From: a bacterium
Lineage (GTDB): Bacteria; Bacteroidota; Bacteroidia; Bacteroidales; Bacteroidaceae
Assembly: GCA_963607545.1 (NCBI GenBank)
Contig: CAVDCP010000012.1
Span: 432 to 64,431, forward strand
Length of the DNA: 64,000 bases
Direction: 5' to 3'
The position numbers and the translations under genes were made by a program. Of the stretch, positions 51,070 to 61,759 are shown piece by piece. Below the pieces are notes generated by a model. It was not told where the DNA came from. It did no database searches and was given only the letters and a program-made list of their open reading frames with translations. How positions within the stretch are numbered: position 1 is the stretch's first letter; every line of letters starts with the position of its first letter.

Positions 51070-53841
51070 ATGACCAACCACGGGAAATCGACTTTCAACA
51101 AAGCGGGCACCGACTCTGCCGCCAACGCTCTGTGCACGGCAGTGCTGCTGTGTGTGCCGGCAATAAGTATGCAAGCTGCCCACACGGCAGGCAACGCGGC
51201 ACATGCCGCCATCATGCCCAACGACACCATCACTGTGCACCAACAACAGACGACCGACGGTGCCAAAACCGGCATAGCCAACAACGAGAAGGGCATGGTG
51301 AACAACGCACTCGACGTGATAAACGGCAAGACTGCCGGTGTGAGCGTCACGTCGAACGGACTCGACAGAATGGCCATGCTCAACAGCGTGCGCGTGCGCG
51401 GCACCACATCAATAACGGGAGGCAACGACCCTCTGGTGGTCATCGACGGCGTAACGTCGGACATATCTACACTTTCCACAATATATCCTGCCGACATAGA
51501 GAGCTTCGACGTGCTGAAAAACGCATCGGAAACGTCACAATACGGTTCGCGCGGAGCATCGGGCGTAATCGTGGTGACGACAAAGAAAGGAACGGGCAGC
51601 GGGTTCAAGATTTCATACGAGGGCAACGTCGGCTTCGAATCGGTGTACAAACGCCTCGAAATGCTCAGCGCACGCGACTATGCAGCCACCGCCAAACGGC
51701 TCGGACTGTACTACAACGACGGCGGCTACGACAACGATTTCTACAAAGTGATAACACGCACCGGGCTTGTGCACAACCATCATCTGGCTTTCAGCGGCGG
51801 CAACGAGACTTCCAACTACCGCGCATCGTTCGGCTACATCGACCACAACACGGTGATAAAGACCAAGGGCTACGACAATCTCGTGGCCAAGCTCGACGCG
51901 AGACAACAGGCCTTCGGCGGACGGCTGAAAGGCGAGTTCGGGGTGTTCGGTTCTTCATTCAAGAACGACGACATTTTCGACACGCAAGCACTGTTCTACT
52001 CAGCAGCCTGCCAGAACCCCACATTCCCTGCCGGACGCGACGCATCGGGCAACTGGACAAAGAACCAGACTGCCTACCGGATAAACCCGCCGGGAGCCTT
52101 GCTGCAGGAACGCAACGACCAGAAAGACCTTAATTTCAACACCCACCTGCAACTGTCCTACGCCCTCACGCCGTGGCTCACGCTGTCGGCATTCGGTTCT
52201 TACTCCTATTCGTCAACCGAAACGTCGCAGTTCTGCCCCACATGGGTGTGGGCACAAGGCAATGTCTACCGCAGCGAATACAAGAAACAGGAATGGCTGG
52301 GCAACATAACCCTCGGCTACAAGCACACATGGAACGCACACTCGGTGTCGGCCGACGTGAGCGGAGAATACCAGAAACTGGAGAGTTCGGCTTTCGGCGT
52401 ACACGCCAAGGGCATAGCCAACAACATGTTTGGCTACTACAACATAGGGGCGACAGCATCAAGACCGTTCGGCGGTTCGGAAAGTACATACGAAGACCGG
52501 GCCTTAGCATCGGCAATGGCCACGGCATCCTACACGTTCATGCAACGCTACACGGCTGCCGCCACACTGCGCGCTGACGGGTCGTCAATGGTGGGCGACA
52601 ACAACAGGTGGGGATTTTTCCCGTCGCTGTCGCTGTCGTGGGATGTGATGCGCGAGAGATTCATGCAAGGGCAATCGGTCGTGAAAACCCTGAAAGTGCG
52701 CACCGGCTACGGACGCTCGGGCAACCTTGGCGGCATAGCTGCCTACACGTCGATGAACAACGCGCAGCAAACCGGCATCGTGCCGGTGGGAAACACGCCC
52801 ACCGTGACGCTCGGCATGATACGCAACAACAACCCCGACCTGAAATGGGAAACCAAATCGACATTCAACATTGCCGCCGACATTGGCATATGGGACAACA
52901 AAATCATGCTCACCGCCGAGTATTACTACTCGAAAACCACCGACATGCTCTACTCCTACGACGTGCCCGTGCCGCCGTTTGCCTACGACAAACTGCTGGC
53001 CAACATCGGTTCGATGCAAAACAGCGGATTTGAAATCGGTCTGTCGGCAACGCCCATACAACGCCGCGACATAGAACTCAACATCAACATGAACGTGTCG
53101 TTCCAGCGAAACAAACTGCTCTCGCTGAGCGGCGACTACAACGGCATGCACATGTCGGCTGCCGACGTGACGGCAATAGGCAGCCTCGACGGAGCCGGAC
53201 AAAACGGAGGCGACAACAACCATGTGCTCTACCAGATAGTGGGCCAGCCCCTCGGCGTGTTCTATCTGCCACACTGCAAGGGACTGCGCGTTGACGAGCA
53301 GGGCACGAACAAATATGACATAGAAGACATAAACAATGACGGGAAAATAGATTTCGGCGACGGAGGCGACCGAAGGATATGCGGACAGGCCACGCCAAAG
53401 GCCATGCTGGGATCGAACATAAGTCTGCGCTACCGCGACGTGTACATGTCGCTGCAGATGAACGGGGCTTTCGGACACAAGATTTTCAACGGCACGGGGC
53501 TGGCCTACACCAACATGTCGAGTTTCCCCGACTACAATGTGCTCGCCGATGCACCCAAGAAGAACATCGTAGACCAGAACATATCAGACTATTGGCTTGA
53601 ACGCGGCGACTACCTCAACATCGAATGTCTCACCGTGGGCTACATCGTGCCCGTAAAGACAAAGGCCATACGCGCACTGCGCGTGTCGTGCAGCGTGAAC
53701 AACCTTGCCACGATAACGGGCTACAGCGGCCTCACACCGCTGATAAACAGCAGCGTGGTGAACTCGACAATGGGCATCGACGACAAACGCAACTACCCGG
53801 TTTACCGCACCTACTCCGTTGGAGTAAGCATTCAATTCTAA
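51070..53841 (+). CDS. SusC/RagA family TonB-dependent transporter
   Basis: VRVRG, PLVVIDG, VLKNASETSQYGSRGASGVIVVTTKKG, NPDLKWET, terminal Phe; start uncertain (50986 or 51070). Confidence 0.93.
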   Translation: MTNHGKSTFNKAGTDSAANALCTAVLLCVPAISMQAAHTAGNAAHAAIMPNDTITVHQQQTTDGAKTGIANNEKGMVNNALDVINGKTAGVSVTSNGLDRMAMLNSVRVRGTTSITGGNDPLVVIDGVTSDISTLSTIYPADIESFDVLKNASETSQYGSRGASGVIVVTTKKGTGSGFKISYEGNVGFESVYKRLEMLSARDYAATAKRLGLYYNDGGYDNDFYKVITRTGLVHNHHLAFSGGNETSNYRASFGYIDHNTVIKTKGYDNLVAKLDARQQAFGGRLKGEFGVFGSSFKNDDIFDTQALFYSAACQNPTFPAGRDASGNWTKNQTAYRINPPGALLQERNDQKDLNFNTHLQLSYALTPWLTLSAFGSYSYSSTETSQFCPTWVWAQGNVYRSEYKKQEWLGNITLGYKHTWNAHSVSADVSGEYQKLESSAFGVHAKGIANNMFGYYNIGATASRPFGGSESTYEDRALASAMATASYTFMQRYTAAATLRADGSSMVGDNNRWGFFPSLSLSWDVMRERFMQGQSVVKTLKVRTGYGRSGNLGGIAAYTSMNNAQQTGIVPVGNTPTVTLGMIRNNNPDLKWETKSTFNIAADIGIWDNKIMLTAEYYYSKTTDMLYSYDVPVPPFAYDKLLANIGSMQNSGFEIGLSATPIQRRDIELNINMNVSFQRNKLLSLSGDYNGMHMSAADVTAIGSLDGAGQNGGDNNHVLYQIVGQPLGVFYLPHCKGLRVDEQGTNKYDIEDINNDGKIDFGDGGDRRICGQATPKAMLGSNISLRYRDVYMSLQMNGAFGHKIFNGTGLAYTNMSSFPDYNVLADAPKKNIVDQNISDYWLERGDYLNIECLTVGYIVPVKTKAIRALRVSCSVNNLATITGYSGLTPLINSSVVNSTMGIDDKRNYPVYRTYSVGVSIQF

Positions 53842-53853
53842 ACGCCAACCACT

Positions 53854-55479
53854 ATGAAAAAAGCAACCACATTAACGGCCATAATTTCGGCGGCACTTGT
53901 CCTGACATCATGTCTCGGCGAAAATCCCAAAGACCAGCTGCCCGAAAGCGAAATATATTCCGACGCCACAAGCCTTTACACCAACACCGTGGCCACACTA
54001 TACAATTACATCGGGGCCAACCAGGAATGCGAGGGACTGCAAGGCACATGCCGCGGCATATACGACTACAACACCATCACGACCGACGAGGCCCTTAACC
54101 CGATAAGGGGCGGCGACTGGTATGACGGCGGCTTGTGGAAGAACATGTACGACCACACATGGACACCAACCGACACAGACCTTTACAACGTGTGGAAATA
54201 TCTTTACAAGGTAATCATGCTTGCAAACAAGTCGATAGCCACTTTGGATGCAAGCACGGGCATCGTAGGCAAAAGCGACATCGAAACCTATACGGCAGAG
54301 GTGAGGGCTATACGCGCAATGTTCTACTACTATGCCATGGACATGTTCGGACGCATCCCGCTGACGACAACTGCCGACAACAAGGTTGACGGCATAACAC
54401 AGAGCAACCGCAGCGAGATTTTCTGGTTTGTCGTGAACGAACTGCAGGAGGCGGCACCGCTTCTGCCCGACGGAAGAAGCAACATGGCGGGCACAAACTA
54501 CGGAAGGGTGACAAAGCCCGTGGCCTATTTCCTGCTTGCGAAGCTTGCACTAAATGCCGAAATATACACCAACGACAACTGGACGGGAAACCAACGGCCC
54601 GACGGAAAGGACATTGCATTCATCGTTGACGGCAACAAGATGAATGCGTGGCAGGCATGCATAGCCTATTGCGACAAGATAGAGGCATGCGGCTACAGGC
54701 TTGAAGCCGACTATACTGCAAACTTTGCAGTGCACAACGAAAACTCGCAGGAAAACATCTTTACGATTCCACTCGACAAGATGTTATACACCAATGAGTT
54801 CCATTACCTTTTCCGTTCGCGCCACTATGCCCATGGAGGGGCATACGGCGGTTCGTCGGAAAACGGCACATGCGCCACCATCGCAACGATGCAAGCCTAC
54901 GGCTATGGCACGGACAATGCCGACAAGCGGCTCGACATGAACTTCTATACGGGCAAAGTCGAAGTGGACGGCAATCCGGTAATGCTTGACAATGGCGAGC
55001 AACTGGAGTATATGCCGTTGGCGGTGGAAGAGAACCTCACGGCAAGCAAATACAAACAAACGGCAGGAGCCAGAATGAAGAAATATGAAGTGGACCGCAC
55101 TGCATACGCCGACGGGCGCATGCCCGACAACGACATCGTGCTGTTCCGCTATGCCGATGTGCTGCTGATGAAATCCGAAGCTCTCGTGCGCAACGGCGGC
55201 AACGGCGACGAGCCGCTCAACGAAGTGCGCTCACGGGTGGGAATGCCGCACATCGCCGCAACGCTCGACAATATTCTGCGCGAGCGTCTGCTCGAACTTG
55301 TGTGGGAAGGCTGGCGAAGACAAGACCTAATAAGGTTTGGCCAATACACCAAGAGCTACGACATGCGCACGGCATTGCCCGACGAGCACACTGGCTACAC
55401 AACGGTATTCCCGATACCGCAGAAGTGCATCGACCTGAATTCAAGGCTCAAGCAGAACCCGGGATACGTCAGCCAATAA
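53854..55479 (+). CDS. SusD/RagB family lipoprotein
   Basis: Lipobox LTSC, RAMFYY, FRYADVLLMKSEA, ERLLEL..EGWRRQDLIRFG, QNPGY. Confidence 0.94.
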   Translation: MKKATTLTAIISAALVLTSCLGENPKDQLPESEIYSDATSLYTNTVATLYNYIGANQECEGLQGTCRGIYDYNTITTDEALNPIRGGDWYDGGLWKNMYDHTWTPTDTDLYNVWKYLYKVIMLANKSIATLDASTGIVGKSDIETYTAEVRAIRAMFYYYAMDMFGRIPLTTTADNKVDGITQSNRSEIFWFVVNELQEAAPLLPDGRSNMAGTNYGRVTKPVAYFLLAKLALNAEIYTNDNWTGNQRPDGKDIAFIVDGNKMNAWQACIAYCDKIEACGYRLEADYTANFAVHNENSQENIFTIPLDKMLYTNEFHYLFRSRHYAHGGAYGGSSENGTCATIATMQAYGYGTDNADKRLDMNFYTGKVEVDGNPVMLDNGEQLEYMPLAVEENLTASKYKQTAGARMKKYEVDRTAYADGRMPDNDIVLFRYADVLLMKSEALVRNGGNGDEPLNEVRSRVGMPHIAATLDNILRERLLELVWEGWRRQDLIRFGQYTKSYDMRTALPDEHTGYTTVFPIPQKCIDLNSRLKQNPGYVSQ

Positions 55480-55518
55480 GCCGCCTGCATAACCGTTGCG
55501 AACTATTACCGCACGAAA

Positions 55519-55559
55519 AACGGGGATGTCCGACAGTCATTCAGTCAGACATCCCCGTT
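55519..55559. terminator. Bidirectional terminator between susD-like gene and glgP
   Basis: AACGGGGATGTC...GACATCCCCGTT with A/T flanks. Confidence 0.7.
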
Positions 55560-55598
55560 GGTTTTATGCCTTGCGGCATTCAGTTGCAATTCATTCCC

Positions 55599-58154
55599 TT
55601 AGTCAATCCACTTCACATAGCAGAAGTCCTCGCGGTGAACGATGTTCTCGTTCTTGGGATACATGCGCACGCAGCTCTTGAACGTGCCAGCCACATCGGG
55701 CTCAAAGGTTGCCTCGAAGGTGTAGTTGTTGCCTTCATGGCCTACCATCTTGAACTCACGCTTGTTGAAGATGTGCTCCTCGCCATTGGCATCGGTCTTT
55801 ATCGAGATAAGCTCAAGACCTACTGCATCGGTCAAGCCCTGCTCGTCGATGACATAACGCAAGGTGTATTTCTTGCCGGTTTCTGCACCGTAAAGCACAG
55901 AGTCGTCCTTGCTCACTACATGTATGCTGTCCCAACGCTCGGCAACGGTTTCCTTCCACTGTGCAAGCTCCTTGGCCAACTGGTTGTCGTTAGCCGACAG
56001 ACGCTTGAAACAAGCAGCCTCGGGAGTGTAGTACTTGTCGTAGTAATCGTCGAGCTGACGCTTCATTGTGTAGTGAGGAGCGATTGTAGCGATTGAATTC
56101 TTTATCGTCTTTATCCATCCCTCGCTATAGCCTTGCTCGTTCTTGTTGTAGTAAAGCGGAAGAATCTCATTCTCAAGCAACGAGTAGATAGTGGCAGCAT
56201 CGAGCTGATCCTGATAGCCCTGGTTCTGATAGGTGCGCTCCTGAGGAAGTGCCCAACCTGCGCCTTCACGGTAGCCTTCAACCCACCAACCGTCGAGAAC
56301 GGAAAGGTTTACCACACCGTTCATCTCTGCTTTCTCGCCAGATGTGCCTGAAGCCTCAAGAGGACGTGTAGGTGTGTTCATCCAGATATCTACACCAGAA
56401 ACGAGACGGCGTGCCAACTGCATGTCGTAATCCTCAAGGAAGATGATTTTTCCGAGGAACTCGGGACGCTGGCTTATCTCGAAAATACGCTTGATAAGTC
56501 CCTGTCCTGCGCCGTCGGCCGGGTGAGCCTTGCCTGAGAATATGAATTTCACAGGACGCTCGGGATTGTTTACGATCTTTGACAAACGGTCAAGGTCGGT
56601 AAAGAGCAGGTGAGCGCGCTTGTAAGTAGCGAAGCGGCGGCAGAAACCAATGTAAAGTGCATTGGGAGTAATGCTCTCAAGAAGGGTGACAACACGCGAG
56701 GGATCGCCCTGGTTCTTAAGCCATGTGGCGGTGAACTTCTCACGGATGTAGTCAACGAGCTTCTTCTTCAATGCCATACGTGTTTCCCATATCTCTGCAT
56801 CGGGCACATTGTAGATTGCATGCCAAAGGCTCTCGTTGCTCTGGTCGTTGATGTAATTCTCGTCAAAATACTTGGCATAGAGCTTGCGCCATTCGGTTGC
56901 TGTCCATGTGGGGAAGTGAACTCCGTTGGTGACATAGCCTACATGGCTTTCCTCGGGATAATATCCTTTCCAGATGGGAGCGAACATGCGCTGGCTAACC
57001 CAACCGTGCAGCTTGCTTACTCCATTCACTTCCTGGCAGGTATTGCATGCGAACACCGACATGCAGAAGCGTTCAGAGTGGTCGTCGGGGTTCTGGCGGC
57101 CCATTCCTATGAACTCATCCCATGAGATGCCTAGCATGTTGGGATAACCGCCCATATACTTTCCGAAGAGAGACTCGTCGAAATAGTCGTGGCCGGCAGG
57201 TACCGGAGTGTGTACGGTGTAGAGCGACGAGGCACGAACCAGTTCGAGTGCCTGGTTGAATGTAAGGCCGCTTTGTATGTAATCGATGAGACGCTGGAGG
57301 TTGCACAGTGCAGCATGGCCTTCGTTGCAGTGGTAGATATCTTTCTTTATACCAAGTTTCTTCAGCGTGAGAATACCGCCGATACCGAGCAATATCTCCT
57401 GCTTCAGGCGGTTTTCGTTGTCTCCGCCATAGAGCGCATGGGTGATGGGCTTGTCGTATTCAGAGTTCATTTCGTTGTCGGTATCGAGCAGATAGAGCTT
57501 GATGCGGCCAACATTCATCTGCCATACATAGGCGTGCACCTGATAGTTCATGTAGGGAACGTCAACAACCAACGGCTGGCCGTTCTGGTCGAGAACGCGC
57601 TCAACGGGCAGCGAATTGAAGTTCTGTGCATCGTATTGTGCAATCTGCTGGCCATCCATCGACAGAGTCTGCTTGAAATAGCCGTAACGATAGAGGAAAC
57701 CAACGGCACACATGTCTACATTTGAGTCGGAAGCCTCTTTAAGATAGTCGCCTGCGAGCATGCCAAGACCGCCGGAATAAATCTTTACAACCTGATTTAT
57801 ACCGTATTCCATACAGAAATAAGCCACAGACGGACGCTTGTCGTTGGGCTTGACATCCATATACTGGCGGAATTTTTTGTACACATCCTTGACGCACTTC
57901 ATTATGGCGCGGTCTTTAACAATCGACTCCTTACGCTCATAGCTTAACCTGTCGAGCAACATAACCGGGTTGTGTCCAACCTCTTCATACAGGTCTTTGT
58001 CAAGGCTCTTCCACATATCGCGGGCTTCATAGTTCCAAGCCCACCACATGTTATGTGCCAACTCATCCAAACATTTCAGTTGTTCGGGCAGTGTCGACTT
58101 TATCGTAACTTCCTTCCATTGAGGGTTGTTAGAATAGTCTGCTTTGATTTTCAT
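55599..58154 (-). CDS. glgP: Alpha-glucan (glycogen) phosphorylase
   Basis: [27 protein letters not shown] (PLP lysine). Confidence 0.96.
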   Translation of the reverse strand: MKIKADYSNNPQWKEVTIKSTLPEQLKCLDELAHNMWWAWNYEARDMWKSLDKDLYEEVGHNPVMLLDRLSYERKESIVKDRAIMKCVKDVYKKFRQYMDVKPNDKRPSVAYFCMEYGINQVVKIYSGGLGMLAGDYLKEASDSNVDMCAVGFLYRYGYFKQTLSMDGQQIAQYDAQNFNSLPVERVLDQNGQPLVVDVPYMNYQVHAYVWQMNVGRIKLYLLDTDNEMNSEYDKPITHALYGGDNENRLKQEILLGIGGILTLKKLGIKKDIYHCNEGHAALCNLQRLIDYIQSGLTFNQALELVRASSLYTVHTPVPAGHDYFDESLFGKYMGGYPNMLGISWDEFIGMGRQNPDDHSERFCMSVFACNTCQEVNGVSKLHGWVSQRMFAPIWKGYYPEESHVGYVTNGVHFPTWTATEWRKLYAKYFDENYINDQSNESLWHAIYNVPDAEIWETRMALKKKLVDYIREKFTATWLKNQGDPSRVVTLLESITPNALYIGFCRRFATYKRAHLLFTDLDRLSKIVNNPERPVKFIFSGKAHPADGAGQGLIKRIFEISQRPEFLGKIIFLEDYDMQLARRLVSGVDIWMNTPTRPLEASGTSGEKAEMNGVVNLSVLDGWWVEGYREGAGWALPQERTYQNQGYQDQLDAATIYSLLENEILPLYYNKNEQGYSEGWIKTIKNSIATIAPHYTMKRQLDDYYDKYYTPEAACFKRLSANDNQLAKELAQWKETVAERWDSIHVVSKDDSVLYGAETGKKYTLRYVIDEQGLTDAVGLELISIKTDANGEEHIFNKREFKMVGHEGNNYTFEATFEPDVAGTFKSCVRMYPKNENIVHREDFCYVKWID

Positions 58155-58178
58155 AATTTTATCGTTAATGTTTTTGTT

Positions 58179-59837
58179 TTATCTTGTACGTTCCTGCATT
58201 TTTCCCAAAGCGAAATCATAGGCATCACAATAATACTTTATGAAGTTGCTCCACAATGCTTTCTGCGAAAGTTTGCGTGCCTTGTTCCGTGCGGAGGTCT
58301 CCTGTTTTGCATCCAGACTTGCATATTCGTAGATGGCATCCTTGATATTGTCAACCACCTCGTTGTAGTTGTCGTCTGTGCGATGCACTACAAGCACTCC
58401 GTCTTTAAGCGATGTCTTTCCCTTCAACTCCTGACTTGCCCACACTCCGAACCCGGCAAGGTCGGTGGTAATGCAAGGCACCTTGAAAGCCACGGCCTCC
58501 AAAGGAGTGTAGCCCCACGGTTCATAATAAGAAGGATAAACACATAAATCGTTGCCCAAGATTGCATCGAAATATGTAAGGTTCAAGATTCCATCGTCAC
58601 CTGTAAGATAACACGGTATGAAGATGAGCTTCACGTTGTCGCCCATGGAGTTGTTCATGTTCAGATAACGCATCTGTCCAAGCACGCGGTCGTTGTCCAT
58701 GTCGTTAAGCCAATGCGTTATTACCGGACGTTCGAGCTGAGTGTCGAATTTTGTGCCGTCCCCGATGCGCTGTGCCAAGTCATGGCGCGGACAATTAACC
58801 CATCCCGGGACTGCCACGAAAGCAAGCACCTGACGCTTCATGCCGTCCATCTCATTCAAGCGGTGCATTGACTCCACAAACACGTCAATGCCTTTGTTGC
58901 GGAATTCATAGCGTCCGCTTGTAGACACGATAAGCACGTCATCGCCGTAATCGCATCCTGTCAGGGCATTGGCTATGCCAATCAAGCGTTTGCGCGCTTC
59001 CTTTCTTTTCTTGGTGAAATCGCGTCCTTGCGGAACGAAATCGTCTTCAAATCCGTTCGGCAACACCACATCCACCGGTTTGTCAAGCAATTCGCTGCAT
59101 TCGCGCGCCGTTATATCGCTCACCGTAGTGAAACAGTCTACATTGGCGGCAGTTTCCCTTTCTATCGAGTGTTTGCTCTGCATGTTGAGTTCGGCAGCCA
59201 TCTGATTGCCGTTATATGCCGGCAAATATCCGTACAAAGGTTTGTTGTTGCCAGAGATGCTGCGTCCTATACTTGTGGCATGGGTCGTGAAAATCGTAGC
59301 TATTTCGGGTTGATGCTTGCGTATATACAAGAGTCCGAGTCCGGTCATCCATTCATTTCCATGATAAACGACCTTGCTGTTTGGCTCAACCACATATTTG
59401 TACAGGCTTTCAACCACCAATGCGGCGGCATAAGAGAACATGGATGCCTCGTCGTAGTCGCCATAAGCGTGCAGACTGTCAACCCCGAAATCGTTCCAAA
59501 GGGCGGCATATATTGCATCTTTCTGTGCATAATAAGACGAGAAATCCACAAGAACCGCAACAGGATTTCCGGGCACATTCCACCGACCCACCTTTATCGC
59601 GAGTCCTTCCGAAACGGCTTTCTCTCGCCATTCAGACAGAACACTGTCGTCTTCTACAAAATAAGGACATTCGTTTTTACCCCAACAATCAGGTCCAATA
59701 AAAATCAAACGGTCTCCCATTGCCTCTTTCAATGTCTTGGCTCTGGTTGACAATACGGCATAAATTCCACCGACTTTATTGCATACTTCCCAACTTGATT
59801 CAAAAATATAGTCTGGAAATAATCTGTTTGTTACCAT
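58179..59837 (-). CDS. Glycogen synthase, GT3 family
   Basis: WEVCNKVGGIY, TTHAT, GRYEFRNKG, PSYYEPWGYTPLE; start MVTNRL at 59837 preferred. Confidence 0.92.
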   Translation of the reverse strand: MVTNRLFPDYIFESSWEVCNKVGGIYAVLSTRAKTLKEAMGDRLIFIGPDCWGKNECPYFVEDDSVLSEWREKAVSEGLAIKVGRWNVPGNPVAVLVDFSSYYAQKDAIYAALWNDFGVDSLHAYGDYDEASMFSYAAALVVESLYKYVVEPNSKVVYHGNEWMTGLGLLYIRKHQPEIATIFTTHATSIGRSISGNNKPLYGYLPAYNGNQMAAELNMQSKHSIERETAANVDCFTTVSDITARECSELLDKPVDVVLPNGFEDDFVPQGRDFTKKRKEARKRLIGIANALTGCDYGDDVLIVSTSGRYEFRNKGIDVFVESMHRLNEMDGMKRQVLAFVAVPGWVNCPRHDLAQRIGDGTKFDTQLERPVITHWLNDMDNDRVLGQMRYLNMNNSMGDNVKLIFIPCYLTGDDGILNLTYFDAILGNDLCVYPSYYEPWGYTPLEAVAFKVPCITTDLAGFGVWASQELKGKTSLKDGVLVVHRTDDNYNEVVDNIKDAIYEYASLDAKQETSARNKARKLSQKALWSNFIKYYCDAYDFALGKMQERTR

Positions 59838-59969
59838 AAAGAAATTAAATAGCGGCTGCAAATATACTACATTAATCACAAAACTGCAAACACGCCAACG
59901 ACTTTTTCAAAAATGGCCGCGTATTCTTGACTTAAATTCGCTACATTTGCAGCGTCAAAAACTTAGAAC

Positions 59970-60416
59970 ATGAGAAAACTGATTGTATTGTGCGCAATGT
60001 GTGCAACCATATTGACGGCATTTGCCCAAAATGCCCAGGAAAAGACTTTCTGCGGATATTTATACAACGACGACTATAAGGTTTACCTGAAAATAGATTT
60101 CTACGACAACAACATCACCGTGCCCGGGCAAGAGATTTTCGGCACCATGCCCGGATATTTGGGGGCATTGAGAGATTCACGCAAATGGCTGATAACAAGC
60201 GCAGACATCATTGACGCGAAGACGGCAAACATTTCAATCACCAACGACTACGGAAGCGAAGACCTTGAAGCCACGCTTGAATGCGCCGAAGACGGAAGCT
60301 ACCTGCTGCGGCAAAACTCGGGCAGCAGGATAAAAATAGTCGTTGACCGGAAATGGGTGAAACTGCCTACGGAGCTGACGTTTGTGCGCAGCGAACCGAA
60401 GAAAGACCTGTGGTGA
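59970..60416 (+). CDS. Hypothetical secreted protein
   Basis: Signal peptide ending AFA; promoter-like TACATTTG at 59942. Confidence 0.75.
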   Translation: MRKLIVLCAMCATILTAFAQNAQEKTFCGYLYNDDYKVYLKIDFYDNNITVPGQEIFGTMPGYLGALRDSRKWLITSADIIDAKTANISITNDYGSEDLEATLECAEDGSYLLRQNSGSRIKIVVDRKWVKLPTELTFVRSEPKKDLW

Positions 60417-60417
60417 C

Positions 60418-61026
60418 TCACAGCACGAAGACAAACGTCACCATAAGGTAAAGTTCTGCCGCAAAGATATAGACGACAAACAAAGGCGCACACAACGACA
60501 CGCCATACGACATGGCCCGGAAAACATCATACAAAGACCGGAAACGTCCGGCCAACAACCCGAAAGTTGCTCCCATGACACACGCGCTGCAGGCCGCAAC
60601 CGGGATAAGTCCGGCCGAGAAACTGCTTGTGAGCAAGGTGCCCGTAGCACTCAACAACACAGCATGTGGAACGACGGTAAGCAACAACATCACCGCCAAT
60701 ACAAAAGCGGCTTCGCCTGCCACGACATACAAAGCCATGCGTTCGCGGTAGTCGCATTGTCTGAAAGCACGCAGCGAACGCACCACCCCACCCGATTTCA
60801 CCACACCATAGGCCACGCTGCCCAGCAACAGCCAAACCAGAACAGGCGACTCCATGTTGCGGACGAAACTGCCGAAGGCCCAGCGCAAACCCTCGCCTCC
60901 GAACAACGAACGGATATTGCCCTCGGGATTTGCAGCCGAAACGAGCCACGACAACATCACGACGACAAACTGAAGGCCCGCCAACACAAGCGTCACGATT
61001 GTAAATATCTTATTGTATTTCATCAT
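60418..61026 (-). CDS. Short AbgT-like membrane protein
   Basis: Five to six TMs; IRSLFGGEGLRW resembles the AbgT N-terminal SLLxxEGxRW motif. Confidence 0.65.
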   Translation of the reverse strand: MMKYNKIFTIVTLVLAGLQFVVVMLSWLVSAANPEGNIRSLFGGEGLRWAFGSFVRNMESPVLVWLLLGSVAYGVVKSGGVVRSLRAFRQCDYRERMALYVVAGEAAFVLAVMLLLTVVPHAVLLSATGTLLTSSFSAGLIPVAACSACVMGATFGLLAGRFRSLYDVFRAMSYGVSLCAPLFVVYIFAAELYLMVTFVFVL

Positions 61027-61033
61027 GTCAACG

Positions 61034-61759
61034 TCACTCATCGTCGGGCACAAGACTGTCTACATCCAATATTCTCAGTTCAAAGGCACGCACCACGAGT
61101 CTTGTCGCATTTATGCCGAGTCTGCCGTTGCCGTCGGGAAAGAGTTTCTGCACAAGTTCGTTCTGCCTTTTTTCCAGACTTTTCACCCCGAAGGGCATCG
61201 CCCGCAGATTTGAAATCTGCTCTTTGGTGTAGCCGAGGGCAAGGTGGCGCAAGAAGCGTTCGTCATACTCGTCAATCTCATAACGTATCAACGCGTCCTG
61301 CCGCATTATCTGGTTGTTGATTCCGCGCTTGAAGCGTTCCACGATTCTTTCCAGTATCGGTTGGTTGAACACCATGCGCTTGCCGCTCATCACGCACATC
61401 ACGTCATTTCTTGTGAGCAGTTCGCCGCTTTTCAATATTATGCCGTCGCACCCTGCGTCGAGCACGTCAACCCACAGTTTTTCATTCAATATCTCGCCGG
61501 TAAAAATCAGAACTTTCACCTTCGGGTATTCGCTTTTCACGCAACGGCAAATCTCCACCCCGACAGTCGTCGCGCCATCAAGCCCCAAGTCGAGCAACAC
61601 CAAGTCGGGCACCTGCTGCTTTATCAGTGCCCAGAACTGGCTTTCGCTGGCCGCAGTCCCTATTATCTGCGCTTCGGGTATTTCGTTGCGTATTATTCCT
61701 TCAGTGCCCTTCAGTTCCAAGGGCACGTCCTCAACTATGACCACATTGAATTTTTCCAT
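61034..61759 (-). CDS. Response regulator (REC plus HTH-like output; DUF5932-like)
   Basis: VIVED, LVLLDLGL, IFTGE, ILKS; C-terminal LALGYTKEQI. Confidence 0.88.
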   Translation of the reverse strand: MEKFNVVIVEDVPLELKGTEGIIRNEIPEAQIIGTAASESQFWALIKQQVPDLVLLDLGLDGATTVGVEICRCVKSEYPKVKVLIFTGEILNEKLWVDVLDAGCDGIILKSGELLTRNDVMCVMSGKRMVFNQPILERIVERFKRGINNQIMRQDALIRYEIDEYDERFLRHLALGYTKEQISNLRAMPFGVKSLEKRQNELVQKLFPDGNGRLGINATRLVVRAFELRILDVDSLVPDDE

